Source: Rhynchobatus australiae (lineage: Eukaryota). Taken from it: 64,000 nt of DNA. Shown one piece after another: positions 49,676 to 62,690 of this stretch (positions are counted from its first letter, which is position 1; each line of letters begins with the position of its first letter). The stretch is taken from the NCBI GenBank assembly GCA_034780895.1, contig JAUZTB010000064.1, positions 64,740,665 through 64,804,664 of the forward strand, written 5' to 3'. A program made the position numbers and the translations under genes. Below the pieces are notes generated by a model. It saw only the letters and a program-made list of their open reading frames with translations. It was not told the origin of the DNA and searched no databases.

Positions 49676-51649
49676 TAGTTTTTCCAGCAATGTAATGGGA
49701 TTGGGCAGTGGGAGTGCAGGGTGGAACTGAGTCGAGGAAAGCAAAGGTGGAAATAACTAAAGTTTCAAAGTGTTTTAGAATGTCAGGAACATTCAGATCA
49801 TTTGAGTTTCACCAGCCAGCTAAACTGGAGGGATTTACTTTGCCTCCATCAATGCTTCCTTCAAGTATTTTTGTTGGCAACAAAATGATCTTCAATAATC
49901 TGAATGTTTTTGACATACAAAAATATGAAACTTTCAAAAGTTAGGAAACCACTAGAAACAATTAAAACTATTTTAAAAAAAGATTTTGAAAAATTGTACT
50001 TTTAAAATATTGAAAATTAAAGCATTTAAAATCAATTGTATGTATGCTCAAAAAATTTAGGAGGAAAACAAACTAAACTAATAGTTGTCTTCATCCCTTG
50101 CAGCCATTTCCTTCCATTGAAATCAGTGGTGGAGTAGTCAGTGGTGCAGGATGGTCCCTGGGAATCTCTACCTTAAATGACTTCATGGTCTCTTCTTCAT
50201 CTCCCATAAAGAGTCCAGTGTTGTGGCATCATCAGAAAATGTCAATGATCAACCACTAACCAAAAATTTAGGACTTCTGCATAATTTCTCTCAGCAACCA
50301 AGGGTGCATTCTTTCTGGATGAGGTGGCTTTTCTACTCATATTTTTGTTGGCGTTCTCAGGATTGTACTCATCATTTAGTGCAAGTATAGGAAACAGGAA
50401 GACAAAAAAGAAAATTGGGGAGGGCTTTGGATAACAGGAGCAGTGGGCTCAATTCTCAGAAAACAACAGACCTATACAAGATGAGCAGATTATTCTAATC
50501 AGGGTTAAGATCCTGTGGGGAAAGCTAACTTTTATGTACACACTCTGTCTACTTTTATTCTATTCCATATCCTCATCCTACAATAGGCAGTGACAATTGC
50601 GGCAAGCCCCTCTTCAGTGAAGTCAAGTGCAAAATAGTCATTTGATTCCACACACTCCCTGCGTCTAAAAGAAGATTTTAGTTTTAGTCCCTGGTTGGCT
50701 CACACTTTCTTTGAGTAGTTTTATTTATAAGGTTATTTTTCACTTTATTCTCAAAATCATTAGTCACCCAAGAATATAGAGTTCTGGATGCTTTTCACTT
50801 CCTATGGGAATATACCTAATCTGCTCAAAATATCTCCTTTTGGTGGACTTTACACTTCTCAGATTGACAAGTAAAACTGCAAATGAAATTCCACTCGTGC
50901 CAAATCCCATTTGAAATTAGTCCTCCTCTTTTCACATTTGATTGTTCTGTACTTGTCCTTTCTTTAACTGTCAATTGAGGCAAGAGTTTACCAAATATCC
51001 TCTCATTGAAATGTGCCATGAGAATAAGATATGGTGCTTGTTCCTATTTATTGGGCTAGAAAGATGTTGACTGAGAAAGTTCTCGTACACATTTCAAGAA
51101 TTCCATCCTCTTTGTCCTTTACACTTTTATTTTTATGACTGATATAAAGGAATTGCTCTGTGATGCCTATGTAGTTCTTGCATCTTTCGAGAGTTTGCTT
51201 GCAAATTTCCTCCTCTTTCTCACCGTTTGGTGGCCTCTTTTTGCAACAGCATAATAGCTCTTCTTTTGTCCAATAATGCAAACCAATGAAACTGCTTATA
51301 ATCTTTTGTGTACATCATCCCTTTCCATTACTGTAACAGTATATTTTAACAATATCATTATCCTCTCATCCTTTTGTCCATCCTTTCCTGAATACGTTAT
51401 ATATTTTATATTCCTGACTTCATTCTTTACGTTGTTGGAGCTAGTTCTTTATTATTACCATGGTACCCTAATCTATGTTGCTATCTGTACTTGCATTTCA
51501 TTGCTCCTTATTTTCTACAATCTGCACTTTTACACATAATTTCAAAACTATTTTAGTTTGCCTTGCACTTCCACTCCATACTCCTACTTCTAATTATTTT
51601 TTTATTCTACTGTCGTCAACCACCCCTATTGTTCTGAGCATCCTTGTAT

Positions 51650-52030
51650 CTCCTCACTAATGCTTCAATCTGGTAACCCTTTCCTCCAGCCTCAACTAAG
51701 TCTGTTTAGACCGTCCTCAGTTAGCCTTTCCCACAGGATCTTAGCCCTGATTAGGATAATCTGCTCATCTTGTGTAGATCTGTTGTTTTCTGAGAATTGA
51801 GCCCACTGCTCCTGTTATCCAAAGACCTCCTCAGTTTTCCTTTTTGCCTTCCTGTTTCCGATACTTGCACTAAATGGTGAGGATAATCCTGAGAATGCCA
51901 TCACTGAGGTCCCAGCCTTTATCTTACTCCCTACCTCCTGAAAACCCTGGAATCTGAACCTGCTTCCTTCCAATGGTATTTGGTTCTACTGAAGATCATG
52001 ATGACTTGCAGCTGTGCCACTTCTCTCCTC
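51650..52030 (-). mobile_element. Decayed CR1 ORF1 fragment
   Basis: ggataatcctgagaatgccatcactgaggtccc...tttatcttactccctacctcctgaaa parallels the better-preserved ORF1 at 61840-61980. Confidence 0.6.
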
Positions 52031-52249
52031 TCCCAGCCCTAACAAATAAAATGTTCAACACAATTTATCCAACCACATGTACTCCTACATTCCCATCATC
52101 CCATCCTATCAAGTTGCAGATGGTGCTTCTGCCTCCCTTTGTCTGTCTCAGTTTCATCACAAGCTTCTAATGGCCTCTCCTGGAGTTCTTGAAACAGTAC
52201 TGATTATAATGAAGTCTGAAAACATTGCTCTCTTTACTAATTTAGCTAT

Positions 52250-54400
52250 GGGAATAGATGTAACTGTAACCCACCACAGCTAAATATTGCCTATGAAGCC
52301 CGATACTATAAACAAATTGAAGATTGTACCACAAACAGTGCATGAGGTGGAATATTTTGTGGATGGGCTGTTTCAGGAGTTGATCATCCCAAAGCTCAAG
52401 ATAGTAAAGCCAGTGGAGGAATAGATGACCAGACAAAAAAAAAAGTAGGTAAGTGGTTCAGGAACCTCCTGAAGGTATTATGCTCTCTAACCTGTACTTA
52501 GTTCTGAACAGTAGGGAGAGGTTTCATTTGAAAAATGCAGCCAGGCCTAAATCCATAGCACCAAGGGTGGCTCAGCTGCACTGAAAGAGAGGAGAAAGGT
52601 CAAGAGTGCAATAGCTATTGAGGATTTTATAGCTTAAGGAAGAGGCAAGTATATCTGTGGTTGCAAACATGATTTCAGAATGGAAGGGTACCTCCCTGGT
52701 GCTAAGATGGAGGATATTACACAACAGGTATATAACGTTCTGAAGTAGAAGCAGATTTGTTATCACTGACATATGACGTGAAATTTGTTGTTTTGAGGCA
52801 GCAGTACAGTGCAAAGGCATAAAAATCTATAAATTACAAAATCGTGCATAAAAAAGGAATAATGAGGTAGTGTTCATGGATCATTCAGAAATCTGATGGC
52901 AGAGGGGAAGAAGCTGTTCCTGAATCATTGAGTGTGAGTCTTCAGGCTACTGTACCTCCTCCCTGAGGGTAGTAATGAGAAGAGGGCATGTCCGGATGAT
53001 GAGTGTCCTTAGTGATAGATGCCACCTTCTTGAGACACTGCCTCTTGAAGTTGTCTTTGGTGGGAAGGGTTGTACCATGATGGAGCTGGTTGAGTCTACA
53101 ATCCTCTACAACCTCTTGCGATCCTGTGGATTGGAGTCTTCATACAACTCCTAACTAAGTAGAGCCACTCCTGACTTCCAGAGGTCATGACAATTTCAGA
53201 ACCAAGAAAGTGGGATGAGGTCCAGCAGACAGGTTTTAAGGAATTAGGAGAAGATCTACGAAGCAGAACCTCAAAGATGATAATTTCGTTGATTACTCCC
53301 AATCCCAGTGAGTGCAGAATAGTCCTAAACCATGGGTAAATGTGTAGCTGAAGGGGTAGTGCAGGAAGGAGGACTTATGATTCCTGGGCCATTGGAACCA
53401 GTCACAGGGTTTTGGGATGCATTCACACTGGGTAGTTTGCACTTTATCAGAGCTGGGACCACTGTTCTCATGGGTAAGATGTGGAGGTTCAACTAATTCT
53501 GCCGGGGTGGCCATAGGAAGGTAATATTGAAGAGGAAAAAAAGACTTAAAGGCCAGAGAGACATGACTAGCAATAGCACGGGAATAGGAATTAAACAAAC
53601 CATGAGTGTTCCTCATAAACAAAGGAGTGAAGGCTAAAAGAGATTGATTGGAATGCAGAGTTAAAGTTGCAGTCAAATCAGCAATTATCTTATTAAATGG
53701 TAAAGCATGGTTGAGGAACTGAGTGTCTATTCCTCCTCCTAATTCATATGTTTCAAATGTGACATGATTAAGAGTACAAGAAGGACTAAGATAGATTTAC
53801 AGTGCAAGTACATAAATGCAAGAAATATACTTAACACGGTTATTGTGCTGCAATTGGGGTTAAAGTGTTGTGGCAATGACAGAAGGCTGGCTAAAATGTA
53901 GGACAAGAATGGGTTCTCAATATTCTTGGACACAAGTTGGTCAGGAAAAAAAGGGAAGGCAATAAAGTAACGGGAATCCTAGTATTAAGGAGAACAATGT
54001 AGCTGGAGAGAGGGGATATCTTTGATCAAGATCAAAATATTTGTTTAGAGCTGAGAAACAGTCGAGGTGCAGTTATACTACTGGGACTATTCTGTGGCTG
54101 CCAATTAGTGGGCAAAGCAATTAGGGAAAAATTACAGATGTGCAAAATTCATGGTGCAGTGATAATGGGAAACTTTGACTGTCCAGATGTAGACTGGGAT
54201 AAAATAATGTATGAAGCAATGAAAAATCAGGGTCTTTGTTCACAACTTTGGTTAATCAATTTCCAGCCCAACGAGGAAGCTGGCATTCCTGGACTCAGTT
54301 CTGGGAAATGAGGTGGGATAAATGAAGTAATAATATCAGTGGGGGATCATATTAGAAATAGTGATCTTAATATCATAAGGTTTACAATTTCATTGGAAAA
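52250..54400 (+). mobile_element. Decayed CR1 ORF1/endonuclease region with nested insertions
   Basis: gagtgcaatagctattgaggatttt (esterase GDS-region remnant), agaagatctacgaagcagaacctcaaag, and AVIMGNFDCPDVDW in ORF 54108. Confidence 0.6.
52745..53140 (-). mobile_element. Rex1/Babar 3' fragment nested in CR1
   Basis: tatcactgacatatgacgtgaaatttgttgttttg...gaagaagctgttcctgaatcattgagtgtgagtcttcagg is the reverse complement of 9460-9660. Confidence 0.85.
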
Positions 54401-54463
54401 AGATATTGATACTGAGCAATAGGAGGTATTTAAAGTGGAGATTTTTTAGCTACAGTCTAGGTA

Positions 54464-55108
54464 TATAGACCATAGGAGCAGAATTAGGCCATTCAGTCCA
54501 TCGAGTCTGCTTTGCTATTCAATCATGACTGATTTATTTTTCCCTTTTCAACCCCATTCTCTGTCTTCTCCCTGTAACCTTTGACACCCTTACTAATCAA
54601 GAACCTATCAACTTCCACTTTAAACATACCCAATAACTTGGCCTCCACAGCCGTCTGTGGTAATGAATTCCACAGATTTACCATCCTCTGGCTAAAGAAA
54701 TTTCTCCGTCTCTGTTCTACAGGGATGTCCTTATATTCTGAGGCTGTGCCCTCTGGTCTGAGACTCTCCCACTACTGGAAACATCCTCTCCACGTCCACT
54801 CTATCCGGGCCTTTCAATATTCGATGGGTTTCAATGAGATTCCCCTCCAGCGAGTACATGTCCAGAGTCATTAAATGCACCTTATATGTTAACCCTTTCA
54901 TTCCAGGATCACTCTTGTAAACCTCCTCTGGGCCCTTTCTAGAAATGGGGCCAAAACTGCTCTCAATACTCCAAATGTGGTCTGACCAATATCTGATAGA
55001 GCCTCAGTATTACATCATTGCTTTTACATTCTAGCCCTCTCAAAATGAATACTAACATTGCATTTGCCTTCCTTACCACCAACTCAACCTGCAAGTTAAC
55101 CTTTAGAT
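54464..55108 (-). mobile_element. CR1 LINE 3' part
   Basis: ataggagcagaattaggccattcag...gaattccacagatttaccatcctctggctaaagaaatt...caaaactgctctcaatactccaaatgtggtct. Confidence 0.85.
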
Positions 55109-55339
55109 GCTGATAAAGGGATGTGACACATGTGGACTTCCCAAAGGAAGTGAAAAAATATTATTAGATGGCTGGAGCTGGAAAAGTAACATTGGAAAGA
55201 ATTTGCAGGGCTAAGGGGAGTGGGACTGGCTTGTTGCTCTTGTATAGAGTTGGTATGAACTCAGTGGGCTAAATGATCTCCTTCCATGCTGTAACCATTG
55301 TGTGATAAACAGAATGTTCATTAGACTGCTACAGTTAAT

Positions 55340-55428
55340 AGAATCAGAATCGGTTTATTATCACTGACTTGTATGATGTGAAATTTGTTGTCTTGCGGCA
55401 GTAGTGCAGTGCAAAGACATAAAAATTG
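55340..55428 (-). mobile_element. Rex1/Babar 3' tail fragment
   Basis: agaatcagaatcggtttattatcactgacttgtatgatgtgaaatttgttgtcttgcggcag. Confidence 0.8.
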
Positions 55429-58400
55429 AAATAAAAGTAACTGCATCATTGCTTTTTATTTATTACTCATCATGGTATAGTTGAAGTTACTTCAAAACAG
55501 TTTTAATTGTTTTCATTGTTATTTTACTTCAGTTTATTAAAACTTAATTAAGTTTACAGCAAAACACTTAAATAACTTTGTTACAGCTGTTTAGCAACCG
55601 GCATTTCTAATCTGGAAACCATCTTTTAGTCTTTCCCTACAAAGCTGTTCAATAGTCTACCAAGAAAATAAAGGTGAAGTAGCCACAATTCTGTTAACCC
55701 AAATTCAGCTTTACTAATTAAAAACATGTTGGATGTGCAGTATATGTTGTTGAACTGAGACTTAGCTAATTTTGCTTTCCCATCATCTTTTAACTGATCC
55801 CTTCACATCATATTATCGAAATATCATTTTACAGTTTGAATTAGGGACCTTTTGTATGAAATTGGTGATATTCCAAACCAAACCTTTGATATTCCTATCA
55901 GTGTAACTACTGTAGCCTGGAAAATTTATTTTCTGAAATAATGCATATTGATTCTGTTGAAAATGGAAGTCTCCTTGCATTGCCAAGACTCCCTTAATAG
56001 CTAAGAGAGGATTAAATAACTGGAGTGCTTGTCCCTGAAATAATATTAAATAATGTGCAATTCTTTAAACAAGGAATTTATAGTCAATAATGAATTTAGT
56101 TTTGTTCAAAATTTAGTTTGGAGAACAAAATAATCTGTCATAAGTTTACAGTTTTCTAACTGGTGAAATTTCTGAATTCTAAATTCATTGAAAAATAATT
56201 TTCTGTGTATCCATGCAGCAAACTCTTATTTCCTACAAACTCTTCAAATTGTCTTTCCATAAACTACATATTAAGCAGTTTTTTTCTAGATCCCACTGGC
56301 TTCTGAAAGCTCAGCTGTTTAAAACTGTTCACTAGGTTAGGCAGCATCAATGGAAAGAGGGATAGAGTTAGCAATTCACATCAACGATGTTGATCAGAAC
56401 CTTTCAATGAAAAATGCATTATGTTTAGTGTCATTGAATTTTGGGGAGGTCCAGAATTGATTGTGGTAGTGTTTGGGTGATATAACAAGCAGATCAGGTA
56501 TGAATTTAATTTTGAAGTAGAATTTCAGATTCTGGGTCTGCATGCATGGTGAGGAGTCCCATTAACTTTTGCACCTTTTGGTTGTGTAACTTATTTGATG
56601 CTGTCAAAAGGTGAATATGAGGTGCGGAATGTAATCTTGGTCTATGCTGTTTATCTCTTGCTGATCGAAGATGACCATACTACCACTATTCCTGTTTGTC
56701 TTGGACATTAGCTGAATTTTTGAGGTTTATAATCAGCAACTGTAATCTTGAATTTCAGTTTATTGCAGAAAAATAGTCTTTTTTTTTATTTAAATGGCAA
56801 CACACTGATACTTCCCTCAGTCATTTAGTTAATTTAAATGGGTGCCAGTCAATTATTTTGTGATCCTCTCGAATACATCTGGACCTGATTAATGTTGTCC
56901 TGCAACAACTTAAAAAGGGTAGTATTTGTAATAATATCTCTTTAATATCAATAGAACCCTCAGTCCACTCCTGGGGAGCCACAATATCCTTTAATAGTTG
57001 CTGGAAGAATTTTAACACATTTATGTGACTGGCAACAAAATAAAAGCATAACTAATTTTGTCAATGCTGAAAGATACAAGGTGAGCATTGTTTAGAATAA
57101 TTATTCCAACTTATCTATATCAATTGATTTTTTTTTGTTTATCGATATGAAGCATTGTGGTTTTTAGTGTGATTCAATATAATCTATTTTGTAATATTTT
57201 TTCCTCTGTTTCATGCATTTTGTACTTCGTATTTGAAATGAATAAAAATATTGTAAAAGAAAAGAATGATATTAACCTAATGTTTTAGAGAACTTTAAGC
57301 TGCAAGTAACCTTGCTTGATCATCGATCTCTCCAAAACTTTTTAAGGATAAATGCTTATTTTTGTTTGACTATCTGATGGATTCAGTGCATATGCTAAAG
57401 ATGTTGGAACCTTATTTATTCCTCATGACTTCATTTCCAAAACAATTTTCTTCATTATTATAATTTTTCCATTTTATTTTATAGAGTTGATTTTTTTCCC
57501 ACTGAAGGTTGTAGCTGTGTAATATCAGTAACAGTATTTGCCCTCTGGAGCTCAATGCTGTGGCTTGTAGATTCTTTCTGTTTGATCTTGTGTTACAGTC
57601 CGAGATAACAATATTCCATATAAAAGTCACTTATGGCTATAATTTCTAACACTGCTGGAGTGTGTGCACTGACTCTCTCAATTTGCATTTTGTCTTTCAT
57701 TAAACTTTCCAACATTTCATTTTTGCTGTTGTCAGTGTTTTTTCATTCTAAAGATCTCCTCGGCTGTCACCACACAGACTTGAACATTTTTCACAGGAAG
57801 CCATCTGCATTCAATAAAATGGAGTGAATTACAAATATTAATGGTCGTTTTATATTGATGAGTAATGAGCACCTTGAACTATCTTGGGATTGCATCTGTA
57901 ATTCATCTAACTATCCAGCATTATACATAAATTTCAGATTTCTATCAAGATTTATGACACTTGCGTAAGATCCCATGGTTAGTCTTTTAACAGTGCCTAA
58001 CTGAAGAAAATGGATAGGATTTAGTGAATTGCTAATTACAGGGCATGTGGTTTTCTAATAAAAGAAGATCAGGCTTTATGTCTGGCAGCTAGATTAAATG
58101 TGGTAGTCAAAGTTTTTCAGGAAGGAATATAGATCTATGATAGAACAGGAGTGAAGTGTGCAGTATACTTTGTAATTGCTGACAATTTTGTTTTTCCCTG
58201 CACATTGTAGAGTATTGTTTACAGCTTGTAACTCGGTTGTTGGATCATGTTTTTAAATGTACAGCTTCTCGGTGTTTACAAAGGATGTCTGAAGGTGTCT
58301 ACCTGCTTGAGATAGATTTATTTTTCTCTGGAAATGTTGCTCTGGTACTCTAATGCAGCTATGCAATGGGAAAGCCTTAGCCTCTGACCTCCCTTTAATG

Positions 58401-58558
58401 TTTTGCAAAAGTACACCAGATGAAAACCTTTTGTCCTTTGAGGTTTAATGTTTGCAATTACTATTTTAGTTGATCAATAAAATGAAATCTCCTTGCAAAG
58501 CTGTATCTCATCAGTCATGTGATTATTTTGCTGAAAGACTGCAGGCAGACTATCCTTG

Positions 58559-58572
58559 GTTGCCATAGTAAC
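58559..58572. promoter_or_regulatory. RFX X-box motif in repeat-free sequence
   Basis: GTTGCCATAGTAAC fits the X-box consensus GTNRCC-N(0-3)-RGYAAC; an ETS core CCGGAAGT lies at 58664-58671. Confidence 0.4.
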
Positions 58573-60545
58573 AAAACGTGCTGAGCAGAGAAAGGCAGAA
58601 TGCACCAAATGATCATTCTCTGTGTAATCTTATTAGCAATGAATGTGTTTCACCAGATATAACCCGGAAGTTCGCTTTCTGAATGTTTTTGTCTAACCAT
58701 TAAGCATTTCATGGGGTTTTATTTTATTAGTTAAATGCAAGTGGGGAAATTTATGGTGTGCTCGTAATGATGCTGGGGAAAGATTATATGCTGGCTATCA
58801 TTATCGTGAATTATGAGGGTAGGTAAAACTTCGGACATCTTGTTCTGCATGTGGAATGATTTGGAGTTTAATTATTCAAAAACTAGGCCTTGTCTATGGC
58901 AATGCAGCAATGATAAATGTAGTAGAGATTTTAGAATTTTACCAATCATCCATGACTACGATTGCAAGGACTCAAATTGTAAAGCTGCCTTAAGCAAATA
59001 GTTTTACAATTTTTAAAATTTTTAATTTGATGTATGGAATATCGTGCCAACCATCTGGTTAACCAATGAACAATATTTATCTGTTTGGAATATAAGCAAG
59101 TAAGGGGTACAATAATTGGATCATCACCAGTGTAGCACAATATTTTTATTCATTTGTACTTAAGATTAGAATATGGCCATTCCATATATTAGCTATTTCA
59201 ATGATGCTTGAAGGTTTTTGTCTGTACCTTAAATTTCTCTTTATTCACAGTAATTTGTAACTATCAAAGCTGTTTCATTAACTCTTAAGTATTGTGCTGT
59301 GTATTCTTTGGAGTGAACAGGAATTTTCTGAATTTAAATGGATAATTCAAGGCAATTTTTTTTGCAGATGAGGGAGTTTGACTTGTGGATAATAACAGAA
59401 ATTATGATGGTATGTTCATGTTTTATTTAGATAGAATTTAATAGCCACACTGAATTCACTAATGCTGTAGAATTAGTATAATGTTGACCTTGAATATGTC
59501 AAAGTCGGCCATGTCCTTGTGTAGTAATCTGCTACACTAACGTGGTTTATGTGGAGCTTAGTCCAAAGATGGGCCATTTAGCCCATCACTTAGACTGAAT
59601 GTGCCAAATGTTTGGACTGTAAGTTCAAGGTAATACACTTACATTAGCAGCTGCATCTTTCTGTGTACCTCAGTTTATAGTTAGTTTTATTTTTGGAGGT
59701 TGCTTGAGGTGGTTTATTTTCCAGTGGAGACACGCTGACTCTGGGAACCAGGCCTGCAAAGTATTGACTTGGGTTTGGATATATGTAGTGGAATATTTAT
59801 GTGCAGAATGAAACCTGAACACTGAAACAACAAATGCTGCAGAGTTGCTTCTAAGTCCTTGGAGCCTGTGATACAAAGTGGTACCTGAATGCATGTCGAT
59901 GTCCAGTGGCTCACATCATGTGCTTGGATGCCACCTCTGGGGCACTTGGTCACACATATGCCACAGTAAGCATAGATCTCTTATGCAGCATCAGGCCTTC
60001 ACAAAGCACACATGACTTCAGCTTTGCTACATTGATGAAGACCTGCCCAAGTTGGTCCAAAACCTTGGTGTCTAGAGTTTAAAATTTTCGGCCTTTGCTA
60101 TGACATTACCTTCGGACACCCAGAACTATATTCAAGCCTGATTACTACCTTGGCTCCACTACGCTCCTCACCATGGCATCATGACTTTAGGATCATCTGC
60201 CCACCATTCTCGCACACAGACACACACTCCTCTGCAATCCACTACCCATGTTTTTTTTTGATATCTGTAGTGTTGGAATGAGCTGAGGAAAGGTCTTTAT
60301 GCACATCAACCACGCAGGCCTGTTTTGTTTCACATGATGTATAGGGTCTTGTGTGCAGTAGAATTTTGGACCAGCATATCCTCGCACAAGCCCTGCATTG
60401 ACCTGTTGGGTATTGTGTAATTTGCAGTGTGTTAGAATTGGTAAATTGTTCAAAAGTCCAATTTAACAAATTTTGATTAAAAGGCAATCAATCCCCTACT
60501 CCCAATAAAACATTAATCTGGGATTACTGTTCTCCATAACTAAGG

Positions 60546-60587
60546 ACTGTTATACAAGATTAGAAACTTCTAATCTTGTATAACAGT
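60546..60587. repeat. Perfect 20-bp-arm palindrome with 2-nt spacer
   Basis: actgttatacaagattagaa-ac-ttctaatcttgtataacagt. Confidence 0.95.
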
Positions 60588-60786
60588 TAAATAGCCAAAT
60601 GTGCTTACTGCAGAGAAGAGTTTAATTGGATTAGGTGCTTTACTATTAAAAATACTGGTAAATAATTTAGTTTAGGGTGTTTGGCTGTTCAATCTTCCTG
60701 TGGTCATGTAGAATTTGATTAATGGATGTTGGGGGCAGGGAGCTTTGGGAGCTGCCCTCCCAAAAACAAATCTTATTTTTCAGTTT

Positions 60787-61246
60787 TACACAGAAAAGTA
60801 CAGCACTGGACAGGCCGTTTGGCCCACAATGTTGTGCTGATCTTAACATAGAACATTACAGCACAATACAGGCCCTTTGGCCCATGATGTTTTGCTAACA
60901 TTTTATCCTGCTCTAAGATCTATCTGACCCTTCCCTCCCACATAGCCAATTTATACTAAATGTTCTCCTCCTGTGTATCATCCATATCCCTCCATTCCTT
61001 TCATATTCATGTGTCTATCTAAAAGCCACCAAACTGCTTGCTTCCACTACTACCCTTAGTAACCTATTCCAGGCACCTACCACTCTGCATAAAAAAAACT
61101 AACCTCTGACGTTGCCTTTATACTCCCTCCCTCTAACCTCTGGTGTCTTCTGGTGTTTGACATTTCTACTTTGGGGAAGAGATTCTGACTGTCTACCCTA
61201 TCTATGCTTTTCAGAAATTTTAAAGACCTCTATCAGGTCTCCCATC
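60787..61246 (-). mobile_element. CR1 3' end(s), with a second 3' end nested at ~60846-60945
   Basis: Two consecutive acagcac...acaggcc.tttggccca..atgt termini, then gactgtctaccctatctatgc...cctctatcaggtctccc. Confidence 0.8.
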
Positions 61247-61249
61247 AGC

Positions 61250-62012
61250 GTAATTACACCTATCTTATTTCAGAGCTCCACCAAAATTGCCTCTGTGGAT
61301 GAGCCCTCCAGCACGTCCTCTAAGTACTGCTGTAACACTCTCCCTTATCAGTAGTGTAACCCCTCCACCTCTTTTGTCCCCCTCTACATCACGTCTAAAA
61401 CAACAAAACCCAGCTGTCAGTCCTGTTCGTCACCCATTGGGTCTCTGTAATGGCAATAACATCATAATTTCATGTACTGATCCAGGCTCTAAGTTCATCC
61501 TCCTTACCCGTGATACTCCTAGTGTTTAAATAAACACATTTCAGTCCATCAGTCCCACCATATTACCCTGTCCCTTGTACCTCCTTTCAGTCTTGTCATA
61601 CCATCTTTCTCCCCCAACCCTACTACCTGTTGCCCTGGTACTGTGGTTGCCATCTCCCTACTGAGTAGCACTAGCAAACCTCCTAGCAAGGATATTGGTT
61701 TCCCTTCAATTCAGATGCAAACTGTCTTGTTTGTACAGGTCCCACCTGCCCTTGAAGAGAGCCCTCCGTCCTGCAGGAGCTCCTTAGCCACGTATTGAAC
61801 TGCACTTTGTATCTATTTCTCACTCCACTGGCATGTGACACAGGTAGTAATCCTGAGATTACAACCCTGGAAGTCTTGCTTTCTAACTTGCTACCTAGGT
61901 CCCTAAAATCACTTTGCAAGACCTCATCCCTGCTCCTTCCTATGTTATTGGTACCTATATGGACCATGACCTCTGGCTGCTCACCCTCCCCCTCAGAATG
62001 TCCTGTACCTGC
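61250..62012 (-). mobile_element. CR1 ORF1 (SGNH esterase) C-terminus and ORF2 start
   Basis: ORF 61683..61967 contains VHIGTNNIGRSRDEVLQSDFRDLGSKLESKTSRVVISGLLPV (GxN[D] block of the SGNH fold). Confidence 0.85.
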
Positions 62013-62259
62013 TGTGAGACATCGATTTTACGACTCTTACACTATAGGTTCCACAAGATAACGCGATGGTTAACTAACTCATAGATCTCTGACACAGCTA
62101 CTCTTAAAGACTAGCTGATAGCAAATGCAAGCATGTAACTACAGACGAGTTCTGTGTCACTCTAAACGAGACAGAAGATATTATCAATGTGAAGAAATAA
62201 TAATTCTACAAGGTAGGCCCATTTGCAGTGCTCTGCTTTGTCTGTCCATAGTCTATTGC

Positions 62260-62690
62260 ATATTTTTACATTAAAAAGTGTTCCATTGAATGGTCATTTG
62301 ATTGTAAATGGCCTCATTCCTCCCTAACTCCCTCCTCTCCTTCATTTGTATAACCCTTAAAATCCCAGCCTGGGACCTTTTTAGTACTGATTTTTTGATC
62401 ATCTCTGGATTAAGCTCCACCTTTCGTGGTATGCCATCAGTTGCCAAATCTGTAACTTCTAGATTTCCCTTCTGAAACCTCTCTGCCTTGCTGCTCTTCC
62501 CTCCTTTAAATTTTTCCTTAAAACCTACTTATTTGACCAAATGCTTGGTCATCCACCCAAGCATTGGTCAAATAAGTAGGTTCTAAGGAATAATTTAAAT
62601 GATATAATTGGTATCAAATTTGGTTTGGTAATTGCTCCTATGAAGTGTGTTAGGTCATTTTACTGTTCTAAAGGTACTCCATAACAATAA
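62260..62690 (+). mobile_element. L2 LINE 3' end containing an inverted duplication
   Basis: ccttaaaacctacttatttgaccaa...tcaaatttggtttggtaattgctcctatgaagtg...ttttactgttctaaagg. Confidence 0.65.
62505..62599. repeat. ~43-bp inverted repeat with 8-nt loop
   Basis: 62505-62548 versus the reverse complement of 62557-62599: two substitutions and one 1-nt indel; loop tcatccac. Confidence 0.9.
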
